Positions 9,600 to 21,252 of a DNA stretch of 32,000 bases are shown here, piece by piece. The notes beneath the pieces are model-generated. The model was given only the letters and a program-made list of their open reading frames with translations. It searched no databases and was not told the origin of the DNA. Numbering within the stretch: position 1 is the first letter of the stretch; the number at the start of each line of letters is the position of its first letter. The stretch is taken from NCBI RefSeq assembly GCF_000189295.2, contig NC_016803.1, positions 3,690,001 through 3,722,000 on the forward strand, in the 5' to 3' direction. A program made the translations under genes and the position numbers. This stretch comes from Pseudodesulfovibrio mercurii. GTDB taxonomy: Bacteria; Desulfobacterota; Desulfovibrionia; Desulfovibrionales; Desulfovibrionaceae.

Positions 9600-10262
9600 A
9601 TGAAAGTCAGCATACTGGCCATCCTGGCGGGCATCGCCCTGGTGGCCCACCAGGTCATGATCTGGTACTACGCGCCCATCGCCCAGTCCGGGCCGGTGCA
9701 GAAAATCTTTTACATGCACCTGCCGTGCTCCTGGTGGGCGCTGGTCTCCTTCTTCGTGGTCTTTGTCGCCTCCATCCTCTACCTGTTCACCCGCAGCGAC
9801 CGGTACGACCGGGTGGCGGCCGGGGCAGGGGAGCTGGGCGTGCTCTTCGCCACCATGACCCTTCTCTCCGGGTCCACCTGGGCCAGGGCCGAATGGGGCC
9901 ACTGGTGGCTGTGGGACCCGAAGCTGACCACCGCCCTGATCATGTGGTACGTCTACGCGGGCTACCTGGTCCTGCGCAACACCCCCATGGGCCGCGACCG
10001 CAAGGCCCTGGTCTGCGCCGTGCTCGGCATCGTCGCCTTCCTGGACGTGCCCCTGGTCTTCTTCGCGGCCAAGCTCTGGGGCAGCGCCCATCCCGACGGC
10101 CTGGCCCGCCAGGGCTCGGGCATGGAGGCGCGCATGTGGTACACGGTCTTCGCCGGGCTCGTCGCCTTCGGGCTGCTCTGGGGGGCCATGCTCCTGACCC
10201 GCATCCGCCAGCTCGGCCAGAAGGCCCGTCTCGAGGCCATGCTCGTCTGGGACGAGGAATAA
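9600..10262 (+). CDS. ccmC: Heme exporter / heme-handling protein CcmC
   Basis: WWD motif 'WGHWWLWDPKLTTAL', plus polytopic architecture. Confidence 0.9.
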   Translation: MKVSILAILAGIALVAHQVMIWYYAPIAQSGPVQKIFYMHLPCSWWALVSFFVVFVASILYLFTRSDRYDRVAAGAGELGVLFATMTLLSGSTWARAEWGHWWLWDPKLTTALIMWYVYAGYLVLRNTPMGRDRKALVCAVLGIVAFLDVPLVFFAAKLWGSAHPDGLARQGSGMEARMWYTVFAGLVAFGLLWGAMLLTRIRQLGQKARLEAMLVWDEE

Positions 10263-10290
10263 AACCAACACGCTACAGCGAGGATACACC

Positions 10291-10437
10291 ATGTCCGCAA
10301 CCGTCTACATCTTCATCGCCAACGTGGCCGTCTGGCTCGGCGTGGCCGGCTATCTGGCCTTCCTGGCCTCCCGCTCCGCCGGGCTGGAAAAGCGCATCCG
10401 TCAGCTGGAACTCCTGGGGGACGACCATGACGGATAG
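10291..10437 (+). CDS. ccmD: Small single-TM protein, probable CcmD (48 aa, absent from the ORF track)
   Basis: My translation is MSATVYIFIANVAVWLGVAGYLAFLASRSAGLEKRIRQLELLGDDHDG. It has one TM helix followed by a charged tail. GAGGA RBS lies 7 nt upstream. It sits directly after ccmC, as in Ccm operons. Confidence 0.6.
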   Translation: MSATVYIFIANVAVWLGVAGYLAFLASRSAGLEKRIRQLELLGDDHDG

Positions 10438-11029
10438 CCGCGTCCCGTTCGGCCGCAAGGCCGTGATCCTGGCCGTGTTCGTGTCGCTCGCGGCCATGTT
10501 CGCGACCAGCTTCATCTATCGCATGGAGAACCCCAACCTGTTCGTCCGGGCCCAGGCCTCGCGCAGCTTCGCCGACGCGGGCGAAGGGGAGGGCGGCCCG
10601 GCCATGGGCGGGGCCATGAACGGGGCCATGTCCCGGGTCAAGGAGTACATGGACCGGGTCAAGCAGAACCCGGACGACCTGGACGCCCTGGTCGGCCTGG
10701 GCAACTCGTTCCTGATGATGCGCGCCTGGGACCGCGCCCTGGAGCCGCTGGAAAAGGCCCGGCAGCTCAAGCCGGACGACGTCACGGTGCTCAAGGCCGT
10801 GGGCATTGCCTACTTCAACAAGCAGGAGTACCCCAAGGCCGTGGAGGCCTACGAGACCATCCTCAAGGTCGACCCCGAGGACACCCTGGCGCTTTTCAAT
10901 CTGGGCGTGATTTACAAGCATAATTTGCAAAAACCGGACGTTGCCCAAACATACTTCGAAAAGGTCCTGGCTTTGGAAAAACAAGATGCGGAAATGATAA
11001 AGCTGGCCCGCCAGGAGTTGGCCAATTAG
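10427..11029 (+). CDS. Membrane-anchored TPR-repeat protein, CcmI-like cytochrome c maturation accessory factor
   Basis: 200 aa. N-terminal TM 'AVILAVFVSLAAMFATSFIY' followed by TPR-like repeats ('ALVGLGNSFLMMRAWDRALEPLEKA', 'KAVGIAYFNKQEYPKAVEAYETILKVDPED', 'LFNLGVIYKH'). The ATG overlaps the ccmD end by 11 nt. The upstream part of the listed 498-aa ORF is out of frame with ccmC and is rejected. Confidence 0.7.
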   Translation: MTDSRVPFGRKAVILAVFVSLAAMFATSFIYRMENPNLFVRAQASRSFADAGEGEGGPAMGGAMNGAMSRVKEYMDRVKQNPDDLDALVGLGNSFLMMRAWDRALEPLEKARQLKPDDVTVLKAVGIAYFNKQEYPKAVEAYETILKVDPEDTLALFNLGVIYKHNLQKPDVAQTYFEKVLALEKQDAEMIKLARQELAN

Positions 11030-11081
11030 GATCATCAACGATCCCATGTGGTTGTGTTCTGTAACATAGCCCCCTACAGGA

Positions 11082-11109
11082 TTGACAAGAGGCTGAAAAT
11101 AACTACAAT
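11082..11109 (+). promoter_or_regulatory. Near-consensus sigma70-type promoter upstream of the liv operon
   Basis: TTGACA (11082-11087), a 16-nt spacer, then TACAAT (11104-11109). This would give a leader of roughly 100 nt before livK. Confidence 0.45.
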
Positions 11110-11213
11110 GTCACATTCCGTGGCTTTACCCGCTGGAGACGGCATTTCCGGCGGTCAACCGGTTTAGCACATTGAGTGGTAACGAACCCTTATACATTTC
11201 GAGGAGAGGTAGC

Positions 11214-12401
11214 ATGAGAGTCAAGCTGAGTCTGATTGCTCTGTGTCTCGTCATGGCGGCCATGCTGGCGGCCTGTGGCGGCGAAGCGAAAAAGGATGAG
11301 AAAAACGACAAGAAGGCCGACGTGGAAACCGGCGAGGTCGCCAAGGCGCCCGCTCCGGCCCAGAAGCTCGTCCTCGGCGTGGCCGGCGCCCATTCCGGCG
11401 ATCTGGCGTCCTATGGCCTGCCCACCGTCAACGCCGCCGAGCTGGTGGCCGAGAAGATCAACGCGGCCGGCGGCATCAATGGCGCCATGGTCGAGGTCAT
11501 GCCTCAGGACGACCAGTGCAAGCCCGAGCTGGCCACCAACGTCGCCACCAAGCTGCTCTCCGACGGCGTGAAGATCGTGCTGGGCCACATCTGCTCCGGC
11601 GCCACCAAGGCCGCGCTGCCCATCTACCTGTCCGGCAAGATCGTGGTCATGTCCCCGTCTGCCACCAACCCGCCGCTGACCCAGTCCGGCGATTACCCGA
11701 ACTTCTTCCGCACCATCTCCTCCGATGACGCCCAGGCCGCCCTGGATGTCTCCTACGCCAAGAGCCTCGGTCTCAAGAAGATCGCCGTCATCCACGACAA
11801 GGGCGACTACGGCAAGGGCTTCGCCACCTTCGCCAAGCAGTTCGTCGAGGCCGATCCCGGCATGGAAGTCGCCCTGTTCGAGGGCGTGACCCCCGGCGCG
11901 GTGGACTACTCCGCCGTTGTCCAGAAGATCAAGAGCTCCGGCGCTGACGGCGTCATCTTCGGCGGCTACCATCCCGAGGCCTCCAAGATCGTCACCGGCA
12001 TGCGCAAGAAGGGCCTGGAAATTCCCTTCCTGTCCGATGACGGCGTGAAGGACGACACCTTCATCAAGGTCGCCGGCAAGTACGCCGAGGGCGTGTACGC
12101 CTCCGGTCCCATGGACTTCTCCAAGAACCCCCTGTACCTTGAGGCCGTCGCCGCCCACAAGGCCAAGTACGGCACCGAGCCCGGCGCCTTCTTCCCCGAG
12201 GCGTACTCCGCCGCCCTGGCCCTGCTGAACGCGGTCAAGGTCGCCGGCAGCACCGATTACGACGCGGTCTGCAACGCCCTGCGCACCAGCTACGTGGACA
12301 CCCCGGTCGGCAAGATCAAGTTCGACGCCAAGGGCGACGCCGAAGGCGTCGGTTTCTCCATGTACCAGGTGAAAGACGGCAACTACGTGGAAGTCAAGTA
12401 A
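11214..12401 (+). CDS. livK: Branched-chain amino acid ABC transporter substrate-binding protein (LivJ/LivK family), lipoprotein-type signal
   Basis: Signal peptide with lipobox 'MLAAC', then a Lys/Asp/Glu-rich linker, then type-1 periplasmic binding fold blocks ('LGVAGAHSGDLASYG', 'VLGHICSGATKAA', 'PNFFRT', 'YGKGFA'). GGAGAGG RBS. The ATG at 11214 is preferred over the ATG at 11172. Confidence 0.9.
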   Translation: MRVKLSLIALCLVMAAMLAACGGEAKKDEKNDKKADVETGEVAKAPAPAQKLVLGVAGAHSGDLASYGLPTVNAAELVAEKINAAGGINGAMVEVMPQDDQCKPELATNVATKLLSDGVKIVLGHICSGATKAALPIYLSGKIVVMSPSATNPPLTQSGDYPNFFRTISSDDAQAALDVSYAKSLGLKKIAVIHDKGDYGKGFATFAKQFVEADPGMEVALFEGVTPGAVDYSAVVQKIKSSGADGVIFGGYHPEASKIVTGMRKKGLEIPFLSDDGVKDDTFIKVAGKYAEGVYASGPMDFSKNPLYLEAVAAHKAKYGTEPGAFFPEAYSAALALLNAVKVAGSTDYDAVCNALRTSYVDTPVGKIKFDAKGDAEGVGFSMYQVKDGNYVEVK

Positions 12402-12425
12402 CTATAGGCTTCCAAGCGGATTATA

Positions 12426-12465
12426 CCAGGGGACGGGCCAAAGCCCGTCCCCTGGATTTATTTAA
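12426..12465 (+). terminator. Intrinsic terminator or attenuator between livK and livH
   Basis: Perfect 13-bp stem ccaggggacgggc-caaa-gcccgtcccctgg followed by atttattt. Confidence 0.7.
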
Positions 12466-12483
12466 TGAACAGGAATCACGACA

Positions 12484-13386
12484 ATGGAATATTTCCTTGA
12501 GCTGTTCATGGGGGGCCTCACCCGCGGCAGCATCTATGCTCTGATCGCCCTGGGCTACACCATGGTCTACGGCATCATCGAGCTGATCAACTTCGCGCAC
12601 GGCGAGATATACATGATCGGCGCCTTCACCGGGCTCATCGTGGCCGGGCTGCTGACCATGCTGGGCTTCCCCGGCCCGGCCATCCTGGTCATCGCCATCG
12701 TGTGCGCGGTCATCTGGGCGGCGGCCTACGGCTTCACCATCGAGAAGATGGCCTACAAGCCGCTACGCAACGCCCCCCGCCTGTCGCCCCTCATCTCGGC
12801 CATCGGCATGTCGATCTTCCTCCAGAACTACGTCATGCTCGCCCAGACCTCGGACTTCCTGCCCTTTCCCGAGCTCATCCCGCACTTCGGCTTCATGAAG
12901 AAACTGGGCACGGTCATGAGTTCGGCCGAACTGGTCATCATCCTGGCCACCGTCGCCTCCTGCGTGGGGCTCACGCTGTTCATCAAGTTCACCAAGCTGG
13001 GCAAGGCCATGCGGGCCACGGCCCAGAACCGCAAGATGGCCATGCTGGTAGGCATCAACGTGGACATGGTCATCTCCGCCACCTTCATCATCGGTTCGAG
13101 CCTGGCGGCCGTGGGCGGCGTGCTCATCGCCTCGCACATCGGCCAGATCAACTACTACATAGGCTTCATCGCGGGCATCAAGGCGTTCACCGCCGCAGTG
13201 CTCGGCGGCATCGGCTCCCTGCCCGGAGCCATGCTCGGCGGCCTGGTTCTCGGCCTGACCGAGGCCTTCGCCACCGGGTACGTCTCCTCGGACTACGAGG
13301 ACGTTTTCGCCTTCCTGCTGCTCGTCCTCATCCTGATCTTCAGGCCGTCGGGCATCATGGGCAAGGAAAAGACCCAGAAGGTCTAA
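12484..13386 (+). CDS. livH: Branched-chain amino acid ABC transporter permease
   Basis: 300-aa polytopic protein with 'GSIYALIALGYTMVYGIIELINFAHGE' and 'GIKAFTAAVLGGIGSLPGA' LivH-family blocks. Confidence 0.92.
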   Translation: MEYFLELFMGGLTRGSIYALIALGYTMVYGIIELINFAHGEIYMIGAFTGLIVAGLLTMLGFPGPAILVIAIVCAVIWAAAYGFTIEKMAYKPLRNAPRLSPLISAIGMSIFLQNYVMLAQTSDFLPFPELIPHFGFMKKLGTVMSSAELVIILATVASCVGLTLFIKFTKLGKAMRATAQNRKMAMLVGINVDMVISATFIIGSSLAAVGGVLIASHIGQINYYIGFIAGIKAFTAAVLGGIGSLPGAMLGGLVLGLTEAFATGYVSSDYEDVFAFLLLVLILIFRPSGIMGKEKTQKV

Positions 13387-13434
13387 GGCATCATCGCGGC
13401 TCGAACAAGCCGCTCACCGCGCAAGGAATATACA

Positions 13435-14721
13435 GTGAGCAACGCAAACAACACCATGAACCAGAACTACGTCAGGAACTTCCTGGCCGCGGGGTGCGAC
13501 GGGTACGCCCAGGCGGTCCGCAAGTCTCTGCTGGCGGCCCTGTGGTTCATCTTCCTGACCTTCCCGATCATGGTCATCCGGGTGAACACCATCGAGCACA
13601 CCGTGGTCTGGCACTGGCAGCGGATCGGCTATGTGGCCGCGGCCGTCTTCTTCGGTTCCTTCGTCTGGCGCTGGCTGCTGGCCCGCAAGGAACTCAAGAA
13701 GGACGACTCCCGCAAGGAGACCCCCTTCGAGGCCCTGCTGACCCAGATGCAGTCCCATCCGGTCTTCAAGCTCGCGGCCCTGGGCGTGCTGGCCCTGGCC
13801 GCCGTGGCCTTCCCCCTGGTCTTCAATCTCTATCAGACCAACATCATGATCACCTGCCTGATCTACATCGTGCTCGGCCTGGGGCTGAACATCGTGGTCG
13901 GGCTGGCGGGTCTGCTCGACCTGGGGTACGTGGCCTTCTACGCCGTGGGCGCCTACGCCTACGCCCTGTGCAACATGCATTGGCACTTGGGCTTCTGGTA
14001 CATGCTCCCCGTGGGCGCGGTCCTCGGGGCCGTTCTCGGCCTCCTGCTCGGTTTCCCGGTGCTCCGGCTCAAGGGTGACTACCTGGCCATCGTCACCCTG
14101 GGCTTCGGCGAGATCATCCGCCTGATCCTCGAGAACTGGGGCGACGTGACCATGGGCCCCTCCGGTATTTCGTCCATCGCCCGGCCCGGCCTGTTCGGCC
14201 TCGAACTCAACGTGGAAGGGTCCACCCTGTACATGTTCTACATCATGGTCGGCCTGATGGTCCTGACCATCTTCTGCGTCAACCGGCTGCAGAACTCCCG
14301 CATCGGGCGCGCCTGGCTGGCCCTGCGCGAGGACGAGATCGCCTGTCAGGCCATGGGCATCGACAAGATGAAGACCAAGCTCATGGCCTTCGCCCTGGGC
14401 GCCACCTGGGCGGGCATGGCCGGCGTGGTCTTCGCGGCCAAGACGACCTTCATCAACCCGGCCTCGTTCACCTTCTGGGAATCGGCCATCATTCTTTCCA
14501 TCGTGGTCATCGGCGGCATGGGCTCCATCCGGGGCGTCATCGCCGGGGCCGTCATCCTCATCCTGGTGCCCGAGTACCTGCGCGAGTTCGCCCAGTTCCG
14601 CATGCTCCTGTTCGGGTCCATCATGGTCCTGGTCATGGTCTTCCGGCCCCAGGGACTGATCAGCGCCAAGCGCAAGATCTATCAATACAAGGTCGCAGAC
14701 ACGGGGGCCGCCCATGAGTAA
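13435..14721 (+). CDS. livM: Branched-chain amino acid ABC transporter permease
   Basis: 428 aa with 'LGLNIVVGLAGLLDLGYVAFYAVGAY', 'LAIVTLGFGEI' and 'REDEIACQAMGI' LivM-family blocks. GTG start with AAGGA 8 nt upstream. The ATG at 13456 is an alternative. Confidence 0.9.
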   Translation: MSNANNTMNQNYVRNFLAAGCDGYAQAVRKSLLAALWFIFLTFPIMVIRVNTIEHTVVWHWQRIGYVAAAVFFGSFVWRWLLARKELKKDDSRKETPFEALLTQMQSHPVFKLAALGVLALAAVAFPLVFNLYQTNIMITCLIYIVLGLGLNIVVGLAGLLDLGYVAFYAVGAYAYALCNMHWHLGFWYMLPVGAVLGAVLGLLLGFPVLRLKGDYLAIVTLGFGEIIRLILENWGDVTMGPSGISSIARPGLFGLELNVEGSTLYMFYIMVGLMVLTIFCVNRLQNSRIGRAWLALREDEIACQAMGIDKMKTKLMAFALGATWAGMAGVVFAAKTTFINPASFTFWESAIILSIVVIGGMGSIRGVIAGAVILILVPEYLREFAQFRMLLFGSIMVLVMVFRPQGLISAKRKIYQYKVADTGAAHE

Positions 14722-15500
14722 TCCAGTCCTGAACGTCAGCGCCGTGAGCAAGGACTTCGGGGGCATCCGCGCCCTGGACGAAGTCGATCTCGTGGTCAAC
14801 GACAAGGAGATCGTGGCCCTGATCGGGCCTAACGGCGCGGGCAAGACCACCTTCTTCAACTGCATCACCGGCATCTACACGCCCACGGCCGGCGATGTGC
14901 TCATCGACCCCAAGGCCGAGGGGCACACCCGGCGCATCAACGGCAAGAAGCCCAACCTCGTGACCGAGCTGGGCATGGCCCGGACCTTCCAGAACATCCG
15001 CCTGTTCCCGTCCATGACCGCGCTCGAGAACGTCATGATCGGCACCCACTGCCGGACCAAGTCCTCCATCTGGGGAGCCATCTCGCGCAACCGGGCAACG
15101 CGCCGCGAAGAGCAGGCGGTCATCCAGAAATCCTACGATCTGCTGGAGATGGTCGGGCTCTCGGAGTTCGTCAACGAGCTGGCCATGAACATGCCCTACG
15201 GCAAGCAGCGCCGCCTCGAGATCGCACGGGCCATGGCCACGGACCCGTTCCTCCTGCTCCTGGACGAGCCCGCCGCGGGCATGAACCCGCAGGAGACCCG
15301 GGACCTGGAGGAGCTGATCCTTCACATCCGCGAACAGTTCAACATCTCCATCATGCTCATCGAGCACGACATGAAGATGGTCATGTCCATGTCCGACCGC
15401 ATCTACGTCCTGGACTACGGGCGGATGATCGCGGACGGCACGCCCGATGAGATCGCGGCGAATCCGGAGGTCATCAAGGCCTACCTCGGGGAGGAACACG

Positions 15501-15508
<8 letters not shown>
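14714..15508 (+). CDS. livG: Branched-chain amino acid ABC transporter ATP-binding protein
   Basis: Walker A 'GPNGAGKTT', 'YGKQRRLEIARA', Walker B 'LLLLDEPAAGMNP', 'IEHDM'. Overlaps livM by 8 nt. Confidence 0.92.
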
Positions 15509-17745
<2,237 letters not shown>

Positions 17746-17812
17746 CCCCGGCGACCCCCGGTAATGGTAATTCGCCTTTTCATTTCTCCCATTGTGAATT
17801 AGAGAGAAACGC

Positions 17813-19357
17813 ATGCACGACAACAGAGTACTCATCCTTGATTTTGGCAGCCAGTTCACTCAGCTGATCGCACGCCGAGTGCGCGAGGCCGGGGTGTATT
17901 CCGAGATTCACCCCTGCAACGTCGATCCCGAGCGGGTCAAGGCGTTCAAGCCCTCGGCCCTGATCCTGTCCGGCGGCCCGTCCAGCGTCCTGGAAGGCGG
18001 CTGCCCCGCGCTGAACATGGAATACCTCGACATGGGCATTCCGGTGCTGGGCATCTGCTACGGCATGCAGCTGCTGGCCCACAACCTGGGCGGCCGGGTG
18101 GTGGCCTCCACGGACCGTGAATACGGCCGCGCCCAGTTCACCGCCCAGAACGACTGCATCCTGTTCGACGGAGTGAAGGACAAGGACGACCTGACCGTGT
18201 GGATGTCCCACGGCGACCGCGTCGAGGCGCTGCCCGAAGGGTTCGTGCCCATGGGCAAGACCGACTCCATCGAGTTCGCGGCCATGGGCGACCCGAAACG
18301 GAAGTTCTACGCCCTCCAGTTCCACCCCGAGGTGGCCCACACCACGGACGGCTCCCTGATCATCCAGAACTTCCTGTTCAAGGTGGCCGGGCTTGAGGCC
18401 TCCTGGTCCATGTCCTCCTTCGTGGACACGACCATCGAATCCCTGAAGGAGCAGGTGGGCGACGCCAAGGTCGTGCTCGGACTGTCCGGCGGCATCGACT
18501 CCACCGTGGCCGCGGTCATGCTGCACAAGGCCATCGGCAAGAACCTGCACTGCATCTTCGTGGACAACGGGTTGCTGCGCATGGGCGAACGCGAGGAGGT
18601 CATCGGCTTCCTGGCCGAACACTTCGACCTGAACGTCAAGATGGTGGACGCCTCGAGCGAGTTCCTGGACAACCTCAAGGGCGTCGAGGACCCGGAGAAG
18701 AAGCGCAAGATCATCGGCCATAAGTTCATCGAGGTCTTCGACCGCGAGGCCAAGGCCATCAAGGGCGTGGAATTCCTGGGGCAGGGCACCCTGTACCCGG
18801 ACGTCATCGAGTCCGAATCCTTCAAGGGCCCCTCGGCGGTGATCAAGTCCCACCACAACGTGGGCGGCCTGCCCGAGACCATGAATCTCAAGTTGGTGGA
18901 GCCCCTGCGCGAGCTGTTCAAGGACGAGGTGCGCCGCGCGGCCTATGAGCTCGGCCTGCCCGAGCACATCATCTGGCGTCAGCCGTTCCCCGGTCCGGGG
19001 CTGTCCATCCGCGTCATCGGCGAAGTCACCGAGGAGCGCCTCCAGATCCTCCGCCTGGCCGACAAGATCGTCCAGAACGAGATGATGGCCGCCGACTGGT
19101 ACCGCAAGGTCTGGCAGGGCTTCGCCGTGCTCCTGCCGCTCAAGACCGTGGGCGTCATGGGCGACGACCGGACCTATGAGAACGTCATCGCCCTGCGCAT
19201 CGTGGATTCGCTGGACGCCATGACCGCGGACTGGTCGCGGCTCCCCTCGGAGCTGCTGGCCCGCATGTCCAACCGGATCATCCGCGAAGTCAAGGGCGTC
19301 AACCGCGTGGTTCTGGACATCTCCTCCAAGCCGCCGAGCACCATCGAATGGGAATAA
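17813..19357 (+). CDS. guaA: Glutamine-hydrolysing GMP synthase
   Basis: GATase-1 block 'GICYGMQLL', PP-loop 'LSGGIDSTV', and the C-terminal 'KPPSTIEWE' typical of GuaA. Confidence 0.97.
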   Translation: MHDNRVLILDFGSQFTQLIARRVREAGVYSEIHPCNVDPERVKAFKPSALILSGGPSSVLEGGCPALNMEYLDMGIPVLGICYGMQLLAHNLGGRVVASTDREYGRAQFTAQNDCILFDGVKDKDDLTVWMSHGDRVEALPEGFVPMGKTDSIEFAAMGDPKRKFYALQFHPEVAHTTDGSLIIQNFLFKVAGLEASWSMSSFVDTTIESLKEQVGDAKVVLGLSGGIDSTVAAVMLHKAIGKNLHCIFVDNGLLRMGEREEVIGFLAEHFDLNVKMVDASSEFLDNLKGVEDPEKKRKIIGHKFIEVFDREAKAIKGVEFLGQGTLYPDVIESESFKGPSAVIKSHHNVGGLPETMNLKLVEPLRELFKDEVRRAAYELGLPEHIIWRQPFPGPGLSIRVIGEVTEERLQILRLADKIVQNEMMAADWYRKVWQGFAVLLPLKTVGVMGDDRTYENVIALRIVDSLDAMTADWSRLPSELLARMSNRIIREVKGVNRVVLDISSKPPSTIEWE

Positions 19358-19391
19358 CCCGAGTGAGCAACCCCCAGCCCCAGGTGAGCAT

Positions 19392-19742
19392 ATGTTTGGA
19401 ATAGGCGGACCCGAATTACTGATTATCTGCGTGGTGGCCCTCATCGTCATCGGCCCCCAGAAGCTGCCCGAGCTGTTGCGCTCTCTGGGCAAGGGCGTGG
19501 CCGAGTTCAAGCGCGTCGGCAACGAGGTCAAGTCCACCCTGGACGTGGAGGTCTCCAAGGCCGAGGCCGAGTCGCGCAAGAAGGAAGTGGACGCCGAGTT
19601 GGCCAAGCGCAAGGCCGCCAAGGCCAAGGAGGAGGCCGCAGCCGCCGAGGCCGCTGCCGCCGAAGCCGCGCCCGCGTCCGAACCGTCCAAGGATGCCGCG
19701 GCCACGGCCGAGGAAGCCGGGGCCGAAGAGAAGAAGGCCTAG
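19392..19742 (+). CDS. tatB: Twin-arginine translocase TatA/TatB-family protein (probable TatB)
   Basis: '[27 protein letters not shown]' (TM, hinge, amphipathic helix), then a long Ala/Glu/Lys tail. 116 aa, immediately upstream of tatC. Confidence 0.75.
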   Translation: MFGIGGPELLIICVVALIVIGPQKLPELLRSLGKGVAEFKRVGNEVKSTLDVEVSKAEAESRKKEVDAELAKRKAAKAKEEAAAAEAAAAEAAPASEPSKDAAATAEEAGAEEKKA

Positions 19743-19748
19743 GTTCGA

Positions 19749-21140
19749 ATGCGTTCCGATAAAGACGACGTCAAAGAGACCGAAGAGAAGTCCGTTGCCG
19801 AGACCCCGGTGACGCCCGACGAGGATCCTTCCCTGTTGGACGAGGACCCGGCTGAATCCGCCGAGGAGTCGGCTGATTCCGTCGAGGCGCCGACCGATTC
19901 CGCCGAGGCGAAGACCGAGACGGGCTATGCGGCGTACGTGCCCGATTATTCCGATCTGCCCGGATATGCCGAGATCGGTTCCGACGACGCGGACGAGGCC
20001 GCCGAGGCCGAGGGCGCGGACGAGTCCGGCGACGCGGCCGTGCCCGTGGCGGCTGGCGGCGGTTCCGGCGACGGCGGAACGGACGATCCGGCCGACGGCA
20101 TTCAGCGGGACGAGCCCGAGGACGATGCCGACGAGCCCGAGGAAGACGAGGACGACGAGGAGCCCGGCGACGGCGAGGGGGCGCAGATGTCCCTGCTCGA
20201 CCACCTGGCCGAGCTCCGTTCGCGCCTGACCCGCGCCTTCATCGCCGTGGGCGTGGGCATGGTCGCCTGCTACTCCTTTGCCGGGCAGATGTTCGACATC
20301 CTCATGCAGCCCATGATCGACGTCTTTCAGAAGCAGGCCGAGGCCGGTCCCACGCCGCTGCTGACCCCGGAGTTCTACCAGCAGTTCGGCGCGGTCTTCC
20401 AGAAGATGCTCGAGGCCAACGGGTTCCACCACCCCGAGCAGATGCAGATATTCATGGCCGCCCTGCAAAAGGCCCTCATGGCCGTGGCCAGGGAAGGGCA
20501 CTTCCAGTACACCTACCCGGCAGAGGCCTTTTTCGCGCACATCAAGATATCCATCGTGGCGGGCCTCTTCCTGGTCAGCCCCTACGTGTTCGCCCAGATA
20601 TGGGGCTTCATCGCGCCGGGCCTGTACTCCCACGAGCGCAAGTGGATGGTGCCCATGGCCCTGCTGTCCGGGCTGTTCTTCACCGGCGGCGCCCTGTTCG
20701 GCTATTTCCAGGTCTTCCCGTACGCCTTCGACTTCTTTGCCGGATTCTCCAACGAGGGCATCCAGTTCGTTCCCAAGCTCAACGAATACCTGAGTTTCTG
20801 CCTGAAACTGCTGTTCGCCTTCGGGTTCGTCTTCGAACTGCCCCTGTTCATCTTCTTCCTGGCCCGGCTGGGGCTGGTTTCATCCACCGGGCTGCGCAAG
20901 AAGCGCAAGTACGCCATCCTGATCGCCTTTGTGGTGGCGGCCATCCTGACCCCGCCGGATCCCTTCACCCAGTGCCTCATGGCCGGGCCGCTGATCGTCC
21001 TCTACGAGGTCGGCATCTGGGTGGCCTTCTTCTTCGGCAAGAAGGAGAAGCGCCACCTGAAGAAGCTGGCCGAGGCCGAGGCCAAGGCCCAGGCCGAGCT
21101 GGACGCGGCGGCCGAGGGCGGCGGGGAAGAGACGCCGTAA
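19749..21140 (+). CDS. tatC: Twin-arginine translocase TatC with a 146-aa acidic N-terminal extension
   Basis: The core begins at 'MSLLDHLAELRSRL' (ATG 20187) and has six predicted TM segments. The upstream 438 nt is in frame, free of stops, and has host-like GC-rich third codon positions. The shorter form (20187-21140) is the alternative. Confidence 0.8.
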   Translation: MRSDKDDVKETEEKSVAETPVTPDEDPSLLDEDPAESAEESADSVEAPTDSAEAKTETGYAAYVPDYSDLPGYAEIGSDDADEAAEAEGADESGDAAVPVAAGGGSGDGGTDDPADGIQRDEPEDDADEPEEDEDDEEPGDGEGAQMSLLDHLAELRSRLTRAFIAVGVGMVACYSFAGQMFDILMQPMIDVFQKQAEAGPTPLLTPEFYQQFGAVFQKMLEANGFHHPEQMQIFMAALQKALMAVAREGHFQYTYPAEAFFAHIKISIVAGLFLVSPYVFAQIWGFIAPGLYSHERKWMVPMALLSGLFFTGGALFGYFQVFPYAFDFFAGFSNEGIQFVPKLNEYLSFCLKLLFAFGFVFELPLFIFFLARLGLVSSTGLRKKRKYAILIAFVVAAILTPPDPFTQCLMAGPLIVLYEVGIWVAFFFGKKEKRHLKKLAEAEAKAQAELDAAAEGGGEETP

Positions 21141-21152
21141 CGACCGCAACCG

Positions 21153-21195
21153 GGGCGGGCATCGCAAAAGCCGGTGCCTGCCCTGTTTATTTTTC
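21153..21195 (+). terminator. Intrinsic terminator after tatC
   Basis: gggcgggca...tgcctgccc stem (one mismatch) followed by tgtttattttt. Confidence 0.55.
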
Positions 21196-21252
21196 TAGTC
21201 TTTTCCTCTATGTATGGGGATGACGCTACGTTCTACAGGAAAGGAGTGCGCC

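Noticed and set aside
9533-10426. Upstream 298 codons of the listed 498-aa ORF 9533-11029.
   Set aside because: This part runs out of frame through ccmC (which carries a WWD motif) and ccmD. Only the last 200 codons, from the ATG at 10427, have a TM anchor and TPR repeats.
20187-21140. Short form of TatC starting at the conserved core.
   Set aside because: This is not fully rejected. It remains an alternative because a GAGGGGG sequence precedes the ATG at 20187. I chose the long form because the upstream 438 nt are stop-free with coding-like GC3 and begin 6 nt after tatB.
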